Below are positions 1 to 8,391 of a stretch of DNA of 64,000 nt, in pieces (within the stretch, counting starts at the first letter, position 1; each line of letters starts with the position of its first letter). Source of the stretch: Streptosporangiaceae bacterium (GTDB lineage Bacteria; Actinomycetota; Actinomycetes; Streptosporangiales; Streptosporangiaceae); contig JBOHCK010000001.1 in NCBI GenBank assembly GCA_050698755.1, forward strand, positions 140 to 64,139, in the 5' to 3' direction. The position numbers and the translations under genes were made by a program. The notes beneath the pieces are model-generated. The model was given only the letters and a program-made list of their open reading frames with translations. It did not search any database and was not told where the DNA came from.

Positions 1-164
1 CCTCGGTGGAGCCCGCCCCGGGCGGCTTCCTCATCAAAGGCACGCTCCCCGAGTGGCAGCACTCCGTGTCCCGTGACGACCTAGACCGCCTCCTGGCCAC
101 CATCCGCGGTGGCAAGGACCGGGACCAGGGCCGGGACCAGGGCCGGGACCGCCCGGAGACCTAA
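1..164 (+). CDS. 3' end of an unidentified CDS (partial, begins left of window)
   Basis: Frame 3 is open from the window edge to TAA at 162-164 (...DDLDRLLATIRGGKDRDQGRDQGRDRPET*). No family recognised. Confidence 0.35.
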   Translation, partial: SVEPAPGGFLIKGTLPEWQHSVSRDDLDRLLATIRGGKDRDQGRDQGRDRPET

Positions 165-180
165 AGGCCAGGCCGCGCCC

Positions 181-945
181 CTAGCGCGGGGCCATGCGGA
201 TGGCGCCGTCGAGGCGGATGGTCTCGCCGTTGAGCATGGGGTTCTCCACGATGTGCGCGGCGAGGGCCGCGTACTCGGTGGGCTGGCCGAGCCGGGAGGG
301 GTGCGGTATCTGGTCGCCCAGCGACTTGCGGGCTTCCTCGGGCAGGCCGGCCAGCAGCGGGGTGTCGAACAGGCCCGGTGCGATGGTCACCACCCGGATC
401 TTCAGCCGGGCCAGGTCGCGGGCGATGGGCAGCGTCATGCCGACGATGCCGCCCTTGGAGGCGGAGTAGGCCGCCTGGCCGATCTGCCCGTCGAACGCCG
501 CCACCGAGGCGGTGTTGACGATCACGCCCCGCTCTTCGTCTTCCTCGGGCACCTGGCTGATGCGGGTCGCGGCCAGCCTGATGACGTTGAACGTCCCGAT
601 CAGGTTGACCTGGACCACCCGGGTGAACGCGTCCAGCGGGAACGGGCCGTCCTTGGTCGTGGTCCGGTGCGCGTTGCCGATGCCCGCGCAGTTGACCACG
701 ATCCGGAGCACGCCGGGCAACCCGCCCGCCGCGTCCAGCGCGCCCTCGACGTCGTCCGGGTTCGTGACGTCGCCGGCGGCGAATGCGGCTCGCGAGCCCA
801 GCTCCTCCACCACCGCCTTACCGTTCGAGCGCGGCAGGTCCAGGATGACCACCGACGCGCCCGCCCCGTGCAGCCTCCTGACCGTCGCCAGTCCCAGACC
901 GGACGCCCCGCCGGTAACCAGGGCGATGTTTCCCGCGATCTTCAT
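181..945 (-). CDS. SDR-family 3-hydroxyacyl-CoA dehydrogenase (type-2/HSD10-like)
   Basis: ORF 181-981. Likely start is the internal Met ([18 protein letters not shown], a TGxxxGxG Rossmann motif). YSASK catalytic Tyr/Lys present. Divergent from mcr, as in M. tuberculosis Rv1143/Rv1144. Confidence 0.85.
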   Translation of the reverse strand: MKIAGNIALVTGGASGLGLATVRRLHGAGASVVILDLPRSNGKAVVEELGSRAAFAAGDVTNPDDVEGALDAAGGLPGVLRIVVNCAGIGNAHRTTTKDGPFPLDAFTRVVQVNLIGTFNVIRLAATRISQVPEEDEERGVIVNTASVAAFDGQIGQAAYSASKGGIVGMTLPIARDLARLKIRVVTIAPGLFDTPLLAGLPEEARKSLGDQIPHPSRLGQPTEYAALAAHIVENPMLNGETIRLDGAIRMAPR

Positions 946-1080
946 CCACGCCTCCTGTGCCCGTCGAAATCCGAGTCTCAAGTTACCTCTCGGTACGCAG
1001 CAGCGTTGCGCGGGGCAGGCACCACCGTTCGTTCGGCATATAGGTTTTCACCAAATACGGCGACGACGGAGGTAGCGACG

Positions 1081-2226
1081 ATGAGCCACCCTGCCGGCCC
1101 GCTGGCCGGGCTGCGCGTGCTTGAGCTCGCCGGCATCGGGCCCGGGCCGTTCTGCGCCATGATGCTGGCCGACGCCGGCGCGACCGTGCTGCGCATCGAC
1201 CGCCCCGGAGCCAGGCCACGCCAGCCCGAGCGCGACCTGCTGAACCGCGGGCGGCAGTCCGCCGTGCTGGACCTGAAGCACTCGCGCGGGATCGATGCGC
1301 TGCTGCGGCTGGTCGAAACGGCGGACGTCCTGCTCGAGGGGTTCCGGCCAGGGGTGACCGAGCGCATGGGCGTCGGACCCGACGCGTGCCTGGCGCGCAA
1401 TCCCCGGCTGGTCTACGCGCGGATGACGGGGTGGGGGCAGGAGGGGCCCGCCTCGGCCACGGCCGGGCACGACATCGGGTACATCGCGCGCACCGGCGCG
1501 CTGCACGCCCTGGGCCGGGCGGGCGGGCCGCCCCAGTTCCCCATCAACCTGCTCGGGGACTTCGGCGGCGGCGGGATGCTCATGGCCTTCGGCATCTGCG
1601 CGGCCCTGGTGGAGCGGGGCACCTCCGGCCGCGGGCAGGTCGTCGACGCGGCCATCGTCGACGGGGTGGCGTCCATCCTGGCCATGCCGTACATGCTGAT
1701 GGCGCAGGGTTTCTGGCGCGACGAGCGGGGCGTGAACCTGCTCGACGGCGGGGCGCCGTGGTACGACGTCTACTCCACGGCCGACGGGAAGTGGATGGCC
1801 GTCGGAGCCCTGGAGCCGCAGTTTTACGCCGCGCTGCTGGCCGGGCTGGGCCTGGACGAGGACAAGGATCTGCCCGACCGGGGTGACCCGCGGAACTGGC
1901 CCGAGCTGCGCGCGCGGCTGGCCGCCCGGTTCGCCGAGCGGACCAGGGACGAGTGGACCGCCGCCTTCGCCGGGGGTGAGGCCTGCACCGAGCCGGTCCT
2001 GTCGCTGACCGAGGCCGCCGCCGACCCGCACCTGGTCGCGCGGGAAACCTACGTGACCGCGGACGGCGTGACCCAGCCCGCCCCGTCACCCCGCTTCTCC
2101 CGGACGCCCGGCGCGCTGTCGCAGCCTCCGCCCGCGCCCGGGCAGCACACGACGCAGGCGCTCACCGAGTGGGGCCTGCCTGACGCGCAGGACCTGGTCG
2201 CCTGCGGGGCCGCCGTCCAGGCGTGA
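1081..2226 (+). CDS. mcr: alpha-methylacyl-CoA racemase / family III (CaiB/BaiF) CoA-transferase
   Basis: In-frame ATG at 1081 gives MSHPAGPLAGLRVLELAGIGPGPFCAMMLADAGATVLRIDRPG, the characteristic family III N-terminus. The upstream 109-1080 part of the ORF is antisense to the SDR gene and R/G-rich. Confidence 0.85.
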   Translation: MSHPAGPLAGLRVLELAGIGPGPFCAMMLADAGATVLRIDRPGARPRQPERDLLNRGRQSAVLDLKHSRGIDALLRLVETADVLLEGFRPGVTERMGVGPDACLARNPRLVYARMTGWGQEGPASATAGHDIGYIARTGALHALGRAGGPPQFPINLLGDFGGGGMLMAFGICAALVERGTSGRGQVVDAAIVDGVASILAMPYMLMAQGFWRDERGVNLLDGGAPWYDVYSTADGKWMAVGALEPQFYAALLAGLGLDEDKDLPDRGDPRNWPELRARLAARFAERTRDEWTAAFAGGEACTEPVLSLTEAAADPHLVARETYVTADGVTQPAPSPRFSRTPGALSQPPPAPGQHTTQALTEWGLPDAQDLVACGAAVQA

Positions 2227-2235
2227 CGGCGCGCC

Positions 2236-4605
2236 TCATTCGCCGAGCTGGGCGATGGCCGCGTCCCTGATGTACCGCCGGATCGCCAGATCCTCGATCC
2301 GATCCAGCCGGCGGAGCAGATCCCGGAGTTCATTCAGGAATGCCGAACGCCGTTTGCAGAGGTCCTCGCCTGGCTCGAAGAGTCCCCGATTCCTCGCTAG
2401 CTGCAGGGCCGTGGCGAACAGCAGCACCGAGACCGACTCCGAACTGCGCAGCCGCCCCTGGGCCACGTACTGATGGCCCAGCCCCAGCGCCCGCTTGACC
2501 ACCTCCGCCTCATCGGCCTGCTCGCCGACCGCCAGCGCGTCATCGCTGGCCAGGACGTCGGCGACCAGCCGGTAGGCCTGGACGAAGGGCCGCACGATGA
2601 CCTGGGACACCAGCGGGCGCATCTCCGCCAGCAAGGCGTCCGCCTCGTCCGGGCCCGACCTGAGCCGTTCCTCCCACGCCGGATCATGCCGGTCCATCTC
2701 CTGGTGTACGCCACGGCGGAACTCGTCACGGTCCTTGAAGTAGAACTCGAACTTCAGCAGGTCACGGAGCCAGGCGATCTCGGCCCAGAAGGCGCCGACC
2801 GGGTCGGTGCTGTCGTGGTTGGCCCGGAGCACGGCCAGCTCGCACAGGGCCGTGTCGAGCATGAAGTGGATTACCGAGTTCCGGTAGAAGGTGGCGGCCA
2901 GCTGGTGGTCAGGCCCGATCTGCCAGACCGGCTCGCGCCCGTCCGCGGTGACGGTGACGAGCCCGCCCGCGACCAGCGCGTCCAGCGTCGCCCGGACGGG
3001 TTCGGCGGCGGACAGCGCCCGCGCGCTCGCCGTCCTCGGGATCCCGCGGTGCTCGAGGTAGTCGAGCCCGTCGGCCAGCCCGAGCCGGATCTGCCCGAAC
3101 GTCAGCGCGGTTCCGTGCATGGCCAGCAGGATCGTGGTGACCAGGGCGGTGGCCGTGACCGGCATGCCCTGGTTGATCCGCCAGGCCACCTCGAACGCCG
3201 TCTTCTGCAGCGCCAGCCGGCGAGCCGCTCCGGTTTCCGGGTTGGTCGCCGGCTCGCCAGATGGCATTCCCAGGAACGAACTCAGCAGGACCGGCTCGCC
3301 GAAGCGCACGTAGACCTTGCCGTAGTGGCGGGCGCCCTGCGCCTTGATGAAGCCGTACAGCCAGCCGAAGCCCTCCGGCTTCTTCTGCGCCCCGCGCGCG
3401 TAGTCGGCGTACTCGGCGATCTCGTGCAGCTGGTCGAAGGTGATCGAGACCGGCAGCAGCGCGATGTCGTCGACCCGGCCCTGCAGGTAGGCGTCGGCGG
3501 CGTAGGACAGCAGGCCCAGCCGCGGCGGGAGCATCTTCCCGGTGCGCGACCGGGTGCCCTCGATCGACCAGCTGAGGTTGAACCGCTTCTCCAGGACGTA
3601 GCCCACGTACTCCCGCAGCACGTACTTGTAGAGCGGGTCGTCTTGCGTGGAGCGCCTGATGAAGATGACGCCCGCCCGCCGCATGATGGCCCCCATCGGG
3701 CCGAACGCCATATTGATGCCCCCGAAGACGTGCGCGGGCGGCAGGTGATGCTCCTGGATCGCGGCGGTCAGCACGAGGTTGTCCAGGTTCGACCGGTGCG
3801 ACCACAGCAGGATCCCCGGGTGGCGCTGCATCGCCGCGCGGAGCCGCTCGACCTGGGCCTCGTCGTAGTCGATCTGCGGGTCGAAGCCTCGCTGGAAGAT
3901 CAGCCGCCCGACGGTGGGGATGACGTCGATGAGCCGGCGGCTCCACCCCGCGGCGAGTTCCTCGAGAATCTCGCCCGCCTCCTCCAGCGAAGGCGGCGCG
4001 CCGTCCGGGTCGCGCTGTACCCCTTCTAGCCCCTCGCGGAACCGGCGCGAGGCGAGGATCTCCTCCTTGACCAGGCTGGGCGTCTTGTACCGCGGGCCGC
4101 GCAGCCGGTACTCCGCCCGGTCGAGCGCGAGCGTGGCCCGCCGGGCCACGTAGCCCCCGAAGTCGTCCGGGTCTTCCCCGCCGGTGGCCTGCGCCCAGCG
4201 CGCGCGCAGCGAGCCGATCGTGGCGGGCTCGCCGGCGAGCACCACGGCCCGGCCGGGGTGGCGGGCCAGGATCCGCTGCTGCTGCCGTTCGTTCGGGCGG
4301 TACGGGTCGCGGCCCGGCATCATGTCGGCCAGCCGGGCCGCGCGCCGGCCCGAGTGCTCCTCGGGCAGCCAGGCGACCCGGACCGGCACCAAGGCGGTGT
4401 CGTCGGCCCGGTCCAGGAGCCCGGCGGGCGGGCGCGCTCCCGGGCTGCCCGCAGGCGGCAGGCTGACCACGGCCTGAACCAACCCGCCGGCCGCGGCCAC
4501 GTGCTTACGGATGAGCCGCTCTTCCGTCGGCGTGGCCGCCTGGATCAGCACCACCGCTCCCGGGTGCTGCGCCAGGAGTTCGGCCGGCCCTCCCGGCCCG
4601 CTCAC
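2236..4605 (-). CDS. plsB: glycerol-3-phosphate acyltransferase (PlsB type)
   Basis: 789 aa. Acyltransferase H(X)4D motif in WSHRSNLDNLVL, then GGINMAFGP and IEGTRSRTGK blocks. GTG start overlaps the upstream stop (GTGA at 4602-4605). Confidence 0.85.
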   Translation of the reverse strand: MSGPGGPAELLAQHPGAVVLIQAATPTEERLIRKHVAAAGGLVQAVVSLPPAGSPGARPPAGLLDRADDTALVPVRVAWLPEEHSGRRAARLADMMPGRDPYRPNERQQQRILARHPGRAVVLAGEPATIGSLRARWAQATGGEDPDDFGGYVARRATLALDRAEYRLRGPRYKTPSLVKEEILASRRFREGLEGVQRDPDGAPPSLEEAGEILEELAAGWSRRLIDVIPTVGRLIFQRGFDPQIDYDEAQVERLRAAMQRHPGILLWSHRSNLDNLVLTAAIQEHHLPPAHVFGGINMAFGPMGAIMRRAGVIFIRRSTQDDPLYKYVLREYVGYVLEKRFNLSWSIEGTRSRTGKMLPPRLGLLSYAADAYLQGRVDDIALLPVSITFDQLHEIAEYADYARGAQKKPEGFGWLYGFIKAQGARHYGKVYVRFGEPVLLSSFLGMPSGEPATNPETGAARRLALQKTAFEVAWRINQGMPVTATALVTTILLAMHGTALTFGQIRLGLADGLDYLEHRGIPRTASARALSAAEPVRATLDALVAGGLVTVTADGREPVWQIGPDHQLAATFYRNSVIHFMLDTALCELAVLRANHDSTDPVGAFWAEIAWLRDLLKFEFYFKDRDEFRRGVHQEMDRHDPAWEERLRSGPDEADALLAEMRPLVSQVIVRPFVQAYRLVADVLASDDALAVGEQADEAEVVKRALGLGHQYVAQGRLRSSESVSVLLFATALQLARNRGLFEPGEDLCKRRSAFLNELRDLLRRLDRIEDLAIRRYIRDAAIAQLGE

Positions 4606-6095
4606 GACGGCCTCCCGTCCCGCCCGGCCAGCGTGACGGGCCAGTCGGCCAGCAGGTCCAGGTACTCGGCTCGGATCTCCTCGATCTTGTCCCGCAGGTT
4701 GGCCGCGGTCCAGTCCTCGACGCTGGCCGGCGGGAGCACCGCGACGTCGACCATCCCCGGGCTGAGCGTGGTGGAGTTGCGGCCGGCGACCGAGTCGGCG
4801 TTCCTGATCACGATCGGCACGATCGGCAGGCCGGTCGCCATGGCGATCCGGAACGCCCCCTTCTTGAACGGGCCCACCCCCGGGCCTTCGATCGTGTCCA
4901 CCCGGGTCCCCTCCGGGGCGATCACGATCGACAGGCCCTTACGGGCGGCCTCCTCGAGCGGCTTGAGCGCGGCGATCGCCGATGCGGCGTCCGCGCGGTC
5001 GATGAACGCGGCGTCCATGAGCCTCCCGAGCGGGCCGATCAGCGGGTGGTTCTGGAGTTCCTTCTTGGCCACGCCGGTCCAGTTGTCCTTGACCAGCGCG
5101 GCCACGATGAACACGTCGAAGTTGTTGCGGTGGTTGAACAGGAAGACCGCGGGCCGCTGCGCGGTCAGGTTCTCCTCGCCGAGCACGTGCAGCGTCACGC
5201 CGTTCAGCGTGAGCAGCGTCTCCGGCCAGAACCGGCTCAGGAAATTGATGCCGTTCCGCTTGTTCTGGGTCAGCACGCCGACGCTCAGCGCGCCCGCGGC
5301 CACGGGGCCGAGCGAGCCGATCGAGGCCAGGGTGCGGACCCGGCCGAGCGGGCCGCCGCCGCCTCGGCTGCCGAACCGCAGGATGGGCCAGCCGCGGCGG
5401 GCGGCCACCTTGGCCAGCGCGGGCCCTGGGTTGGTCGGCCGCGGGTTGCCGACCAGGTGCATGAGGGCGAGATCCTCGTCGCCGTCGGCGTAGAAGTAGG
5501 CAGACCGCAGGTCGATCTGGTGCTCGGCGGCGAACCGCTGCACGCTGCTGGCCTTGGTGGGCCCCCAGATCACCGGGTGCACGATGTCGCCGGTCAGCAC
5601 GCCGTGCTCGTCGACCACGAACCGGTTGCACACCACGTGGTCGATCCCGAGGTAGCGCGCCACGGGCTCGGCCTGCATGGACAGGGCCGATGAGCTCAGC
5701 ACGACCGTGTGGCCGCGGCGCTGGTGGGCCCGGACCAGTTCGCGCATCTCCGGATAGATCAGGTCCGCGATGGACTGCCGGAAGACCCGCTCGCCCATCT
5801 CCTCGACATCCTCGGCCAGCCGTCCCCGGGCCGCGCGGGCGCCCTCCGTGATTACGGTCTCGAACTCCCGCCGCCCGAGCTTGTACTCCAGCGCGAGCTG
5901 CGTCATCCGCAGGAACTCCCCGGCGCCGACCTGCCGCCGGCGCAGCCGGTCCATGGTGTGCGCCGCCACGGTGTACCCGGCGACCAGCGTCCCGTCCAGG
6001 TCGAAGAACGCGCCGATCTCCGGGCCTTTCTGGCTGGCGTCGACCTCGGCCACGGACCCGGGGAGCCTCATCTGCCTGTCCGTTTCGCTGGTCAT
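4602..6095 (-). CDS. plsC: bifunctional HAD-IB hydrolase / 1-acylglycerol-3-phosphate acyltransferase (PlsC type)
   Basis: In-frame ATG at 6095 (MTSETDRQ...). HAD motif I is FFDLDGTL. The C-terminal half has NHRNNFD (HX4D) and APEGTR. The 6096-7166 ORF extension is R/P/G-rich and overlaps the WS/DGAT gene. Architecture resembles Mtb Rv2483c. Confidence 0.8.
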   Translation of the reverse strand: MTSETDRQMRLPGSVAEVDASQKGPEIGAFFDLDGTLVAGYTVAAHTMDRLRRRQVGAGEFLRMTQLALEYKLGRREFETVITEGARAARGRLAEDVEEMGERVFRQSIADLIYPEMRELVRAHQRRGHTVVLSSSALSMQAEPVARYLGIDHVVCNRFVVDEHGVLTGDIVHPVIWGPTKASSVQRFAAEHQIDLRSAYFYADGDEDLALMHLVGNPRPTNPGPALAKVAARRGWPILRFGSRGGGGPLGRVRTLASIGSLGPVAAGALSVGVLTQNKRNGINFLSRFWPETLLTLNGVTLHVLGEENLTAQRPAVFLFNHRNNFDVFIVAALVKDNWTGVAKKELQNHPLIGPLGRLMDAAFIDRADAASAIAALKPLEEAARKGLSIVIAPEGTRVDTIEGPGVGPFKKGAFRIAMATGLPIVPIVIRNADSVAGRNSTTLSPGMVDVAVLPPASVEDWTAANLRDKIEEIRAEYLDLLADWPVTLAGRDGRPS

Positions 6096-6100
6096 CGCGC

Positions 6101-7597
6101 TCAGCCCTCCGTCCCCTCCGGTGCCGAATGCCGCGGCCGTCCGAGGTCGACTACCTCGTCGAGGCCGAGTTGCAGGGCCTTCTCGAGCTGGTCGCTGTCG
6201 GTGAACGACGCGGTGTCGTAGCGGACGGTCAGCGTGCAGATGCCCGCCCGGGACATGAGCACCGCCATCATGGCCACCCGGGGCATCGGGCCCATCCCGT
6301 ACTGCCGGTCGATCCTGGCCCCGGCCAGGAACGTCTCCTGCCAGTACCCGGGCACGTTGCTGGCCTGGATGTCGGGCGGGGTGATCCTGTTGGTGACCGA
6401 CTCGAGTGCCGCGTCGGGGAGCAGGGCCAGCACCGGGGCGACCCGGTCGAGCACGCCGATCGCCGACTCGCCCCGCCGCGCGATCACCTGCTCGCGGACC
6501 AGCCTGATCCGCTCGGCCGGATCGGGTTCGCCGACGGGCGCGGCGATCGTGACGCCCGCGAACCTGTTCCCCGCCGCCGGGTCGTCCGCGGTGCGCAGGC
6601 TGACGGGCAGCGCCAGCGGCAGCTCGTCGACCGGCAGGCCCAGGGCCTCGTGGTACCGGCCGAGGCCGCCGGACAGGGCGGCCAGGTACGCGTCGTTGAC
6701 CGAGCCGCCGACGGTCTTGGCGGCCGCGCGCAGGTCGGCCAGGGGTACCTCCAGGACGTGCGTGCGGGTCACCAGGCTGCGCCGGCGCAGCAGCGGCGAC
6801 TGCGGGGCCGGCTGCGGGCCGAGCACGCGGCGCGCCGAGCCAGCGAAGCCGATCGCCTCCGCGACCGTGGGCCCCGGCGCCCCGAGCACGCGGTCGGCGG
6901 CGCGCGCCGCGCCGCCGAGCAGCCTCCACCCCGCCGAGAAAGTCGCCTCGGGCAGCCGGCGCAGGCCGGCGCGCAGCAGGTCGTTGCCGGTCACGTCGCG
7001 CGGTATGGGCACCGGCGCCAGCGGGCGCGGCCCGCTTTCCCGCTCGGTGTCGTAGACCTGCTCGAACAGGGCGATCCCGCCGAGCCCGTCGGTGATCGCG
7101 TGGCTGTACTTGCTGAGCAGCGCGCTCCGGTCCCCCTCCAGGCCCTCGACGTACACCGCCTCCCACAGCGGGCGCGAGGTGTCAAGCGGCGACTGGAGCG
7201 TGACCTCGGCCAGGTCGAGCAGCTGGCGCAGCGTGCCGGGGCCAGGCAGCCCGACCCACCGCACGTGATAGTCCAGGTCGAAGTCGGGATCGACGACCCA
7301 CCGCGGCGCGGTGACCGGGAGGGGCGGGACCACCACCTTCTGCCGCATCCTGATGACCACCCGGCTGGCCCGGTCCAGCGCCTCGCGCAGCTGGTTCCAG
7401 TCGGCCGGGCGATCGAGGATCTCCACGCCGAGGAACGCCGATCGCGTCGCCGGGTACGCCTCGCCCCGGTGCAGCAGGTAATCCAGCGGGCTGAGCTCGT
7501 CGGACGGTCCGGCGGGCGGTGGCGACGAGTCGGCCATGATGCCCCTCAGGGTCGCGGATGATACATCCGCCATTATCGTCTCAAGCAGGGAGCTCAA
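6101..7597 (-). CDS. wax ester synthase/diacylglycerol acyltransferase (WS/DGAT) family
   Basis: 498-aa ORF. N-terminal LSPLDYLL..., active-site block KYSHAITDGLGG (variant of HHxxxDG), C-terminal NVPG. Start uncertain (7597, 7573 or 7537). Stop lies 5 nt before the plsC start. Confidence 0.8.
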   Translation of the reverse strand: MSSLLETIMADVSSATLRGIMADSSPPPAGPSDELSPLDYLLHRGEAYPATRSAFLGVEILDRPADWNQLREALDRASRVVIRMRQKVVVPPLPVTAPRWVVDPDFDLDYHVRWVGLPGPGTLRQLLDLAEVTLQSPLDTSRPLWEAVYVEGLEGDRSALLSKYSHAITDGLGGIALFEQVYDTERESGPRPLAPVPIPRDVTGNDLLRAGLRRLPEATFSAGWRLLGGAARAADRVLGAPGPTVAEAIGFAGSARRVLGPQPAPQSPLLRRRSLVTRTHVLEVPLADLRAAAKTVGGSVNDAYLAALSGGLGRYHEALGLPVDELPLALPVSLRTADDPAAGNRFAGVTIAAPVGEPDPAERIRLVREQVIARRGESAIGVLDRVAPVLALLPDAALESVTNRITPPDIQASNVPGYWQETFLAGARIDRQYGMGPMPRVAMMAVLMSRAGICTLTVRYDTASFTDSDQLEKALQLGLDEVVDLGRPRHSAPEGTEG

Positions 7598-7611
7598 CAG
7601 GTGGAGGCGGG

Positions 7612-8376
7612 ATGAGCGACGAGGTACTGGTCGAGCGCCGCGGCGCGGTGCAGGTCATCACCATCAACCGGCCGGAGGCCCGCAACGCCCTGAACGGTGC
7701 GGTGGCGGCCGGCATCAGGGACGCGGCCGATGAGCTTGACGGTGATGACGACCTGCGGGTCGGGGTGCTCACCGGAGCGGGCGGGACCTTCTCCTCCGGG
7801 ATGGACCTCAAGGCCTTCCTGAAGGGGGAGATGCCCTCCTTCCCCGGCCGCGGCCTGTGCGGCATCACCCAGACCCCGCCGCGCAAGCCGCTCGTCGGCG
7901 CGGCGGAGGGCTGGGCGCTGGCCGGCGGCTTCGAGCTCCTCCTGGCCTGCGACCTGGTCGTGGCCGGAGCCTCGGCGCGGTTCGGCGTTCCCGAGGTCAC
8001 GCGCGCGCTGGTCGCGGGCGCCGGAGGGGCGCTGGTGCTGGCCCAGCGGGTGCCGCGGGCGCTGGCGCTCGAGCTGCTGCTGACCGGAGACCCGATCGAC
8101 GCCGGGCGGGCCGCCGCGATCGGCCTGGTCAACCGGGTCGTGGACGACGGCCTGGCGCTGGCGGAGGCGATCGGACTCGCCGAGCGCATCGCCGTCAACG
8201 GTCCCCTGGCGGTGATGGCGACCAAGCAGATCGCGCTGTCCGCGGGCGACTGGGCCGCCGGGCAGCGGTGGGACGAGGCAGCCAGGGTGATGGGGCCGGT
8301 GTTCGCCTCGCAGGACGCCAGGGAGGGGGCCAGGGCGTTCGCCGAGCGGCGCCCCCCGGTCTGGCAGGGGCGCTGA
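7612..8376 (+). CDS. echA: enoyl-CoA hydratase (crotonase family)
   Basis: ATG at 7612 is preceded by GGAGG. MSDEVLVERRGAVQVITINRPEARNAL, LTGAGGTFSSGMDL and AEGWALAGGFELLLACD are typical crotonase blocks. Confidence 0.85.
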   Translation: MSDEVLVERRGAVQVITINRPEARNALNGAVAAGIRDAADELDGDDDLRVGVLTGAGGTFSSGMDLKAFLKGEMPSFPGRGLCGITQTPPRKPLVGAAEGWALAGGFELLLACDLVVAGASARFGVPEVTRALVAGAGGALVLAQRVPRALALELLLTGDPIDAGRAAAIGLVNRVVDDGLALAEAIGLAERIAVNGPLAVMATKQIALSAGDWAAGQRWDEAARVMGPVFASQDAREGARAFAERRPPVWQGR

Positions 8377-8391
8377 GGAGGAGGGCGCCAG

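Noticed and set aside
109-1080. 5' extension of the mcr ORF (705-aa version)
   Set aside because: It is antisense to the SDR gene. The family III CoA-transferase N-terminus begins exactly at the ATG at 1081.
6096-7166. N-terminal 357-aa extension of the plsC ORF (854-aa version)
   Set aside because: It overlaps the WS/DGAT gene out of frame and is R/G/P-rich. A good ATG at 6095 starts the conserved HAD domain 5 nt after the WS/DGAT stop.
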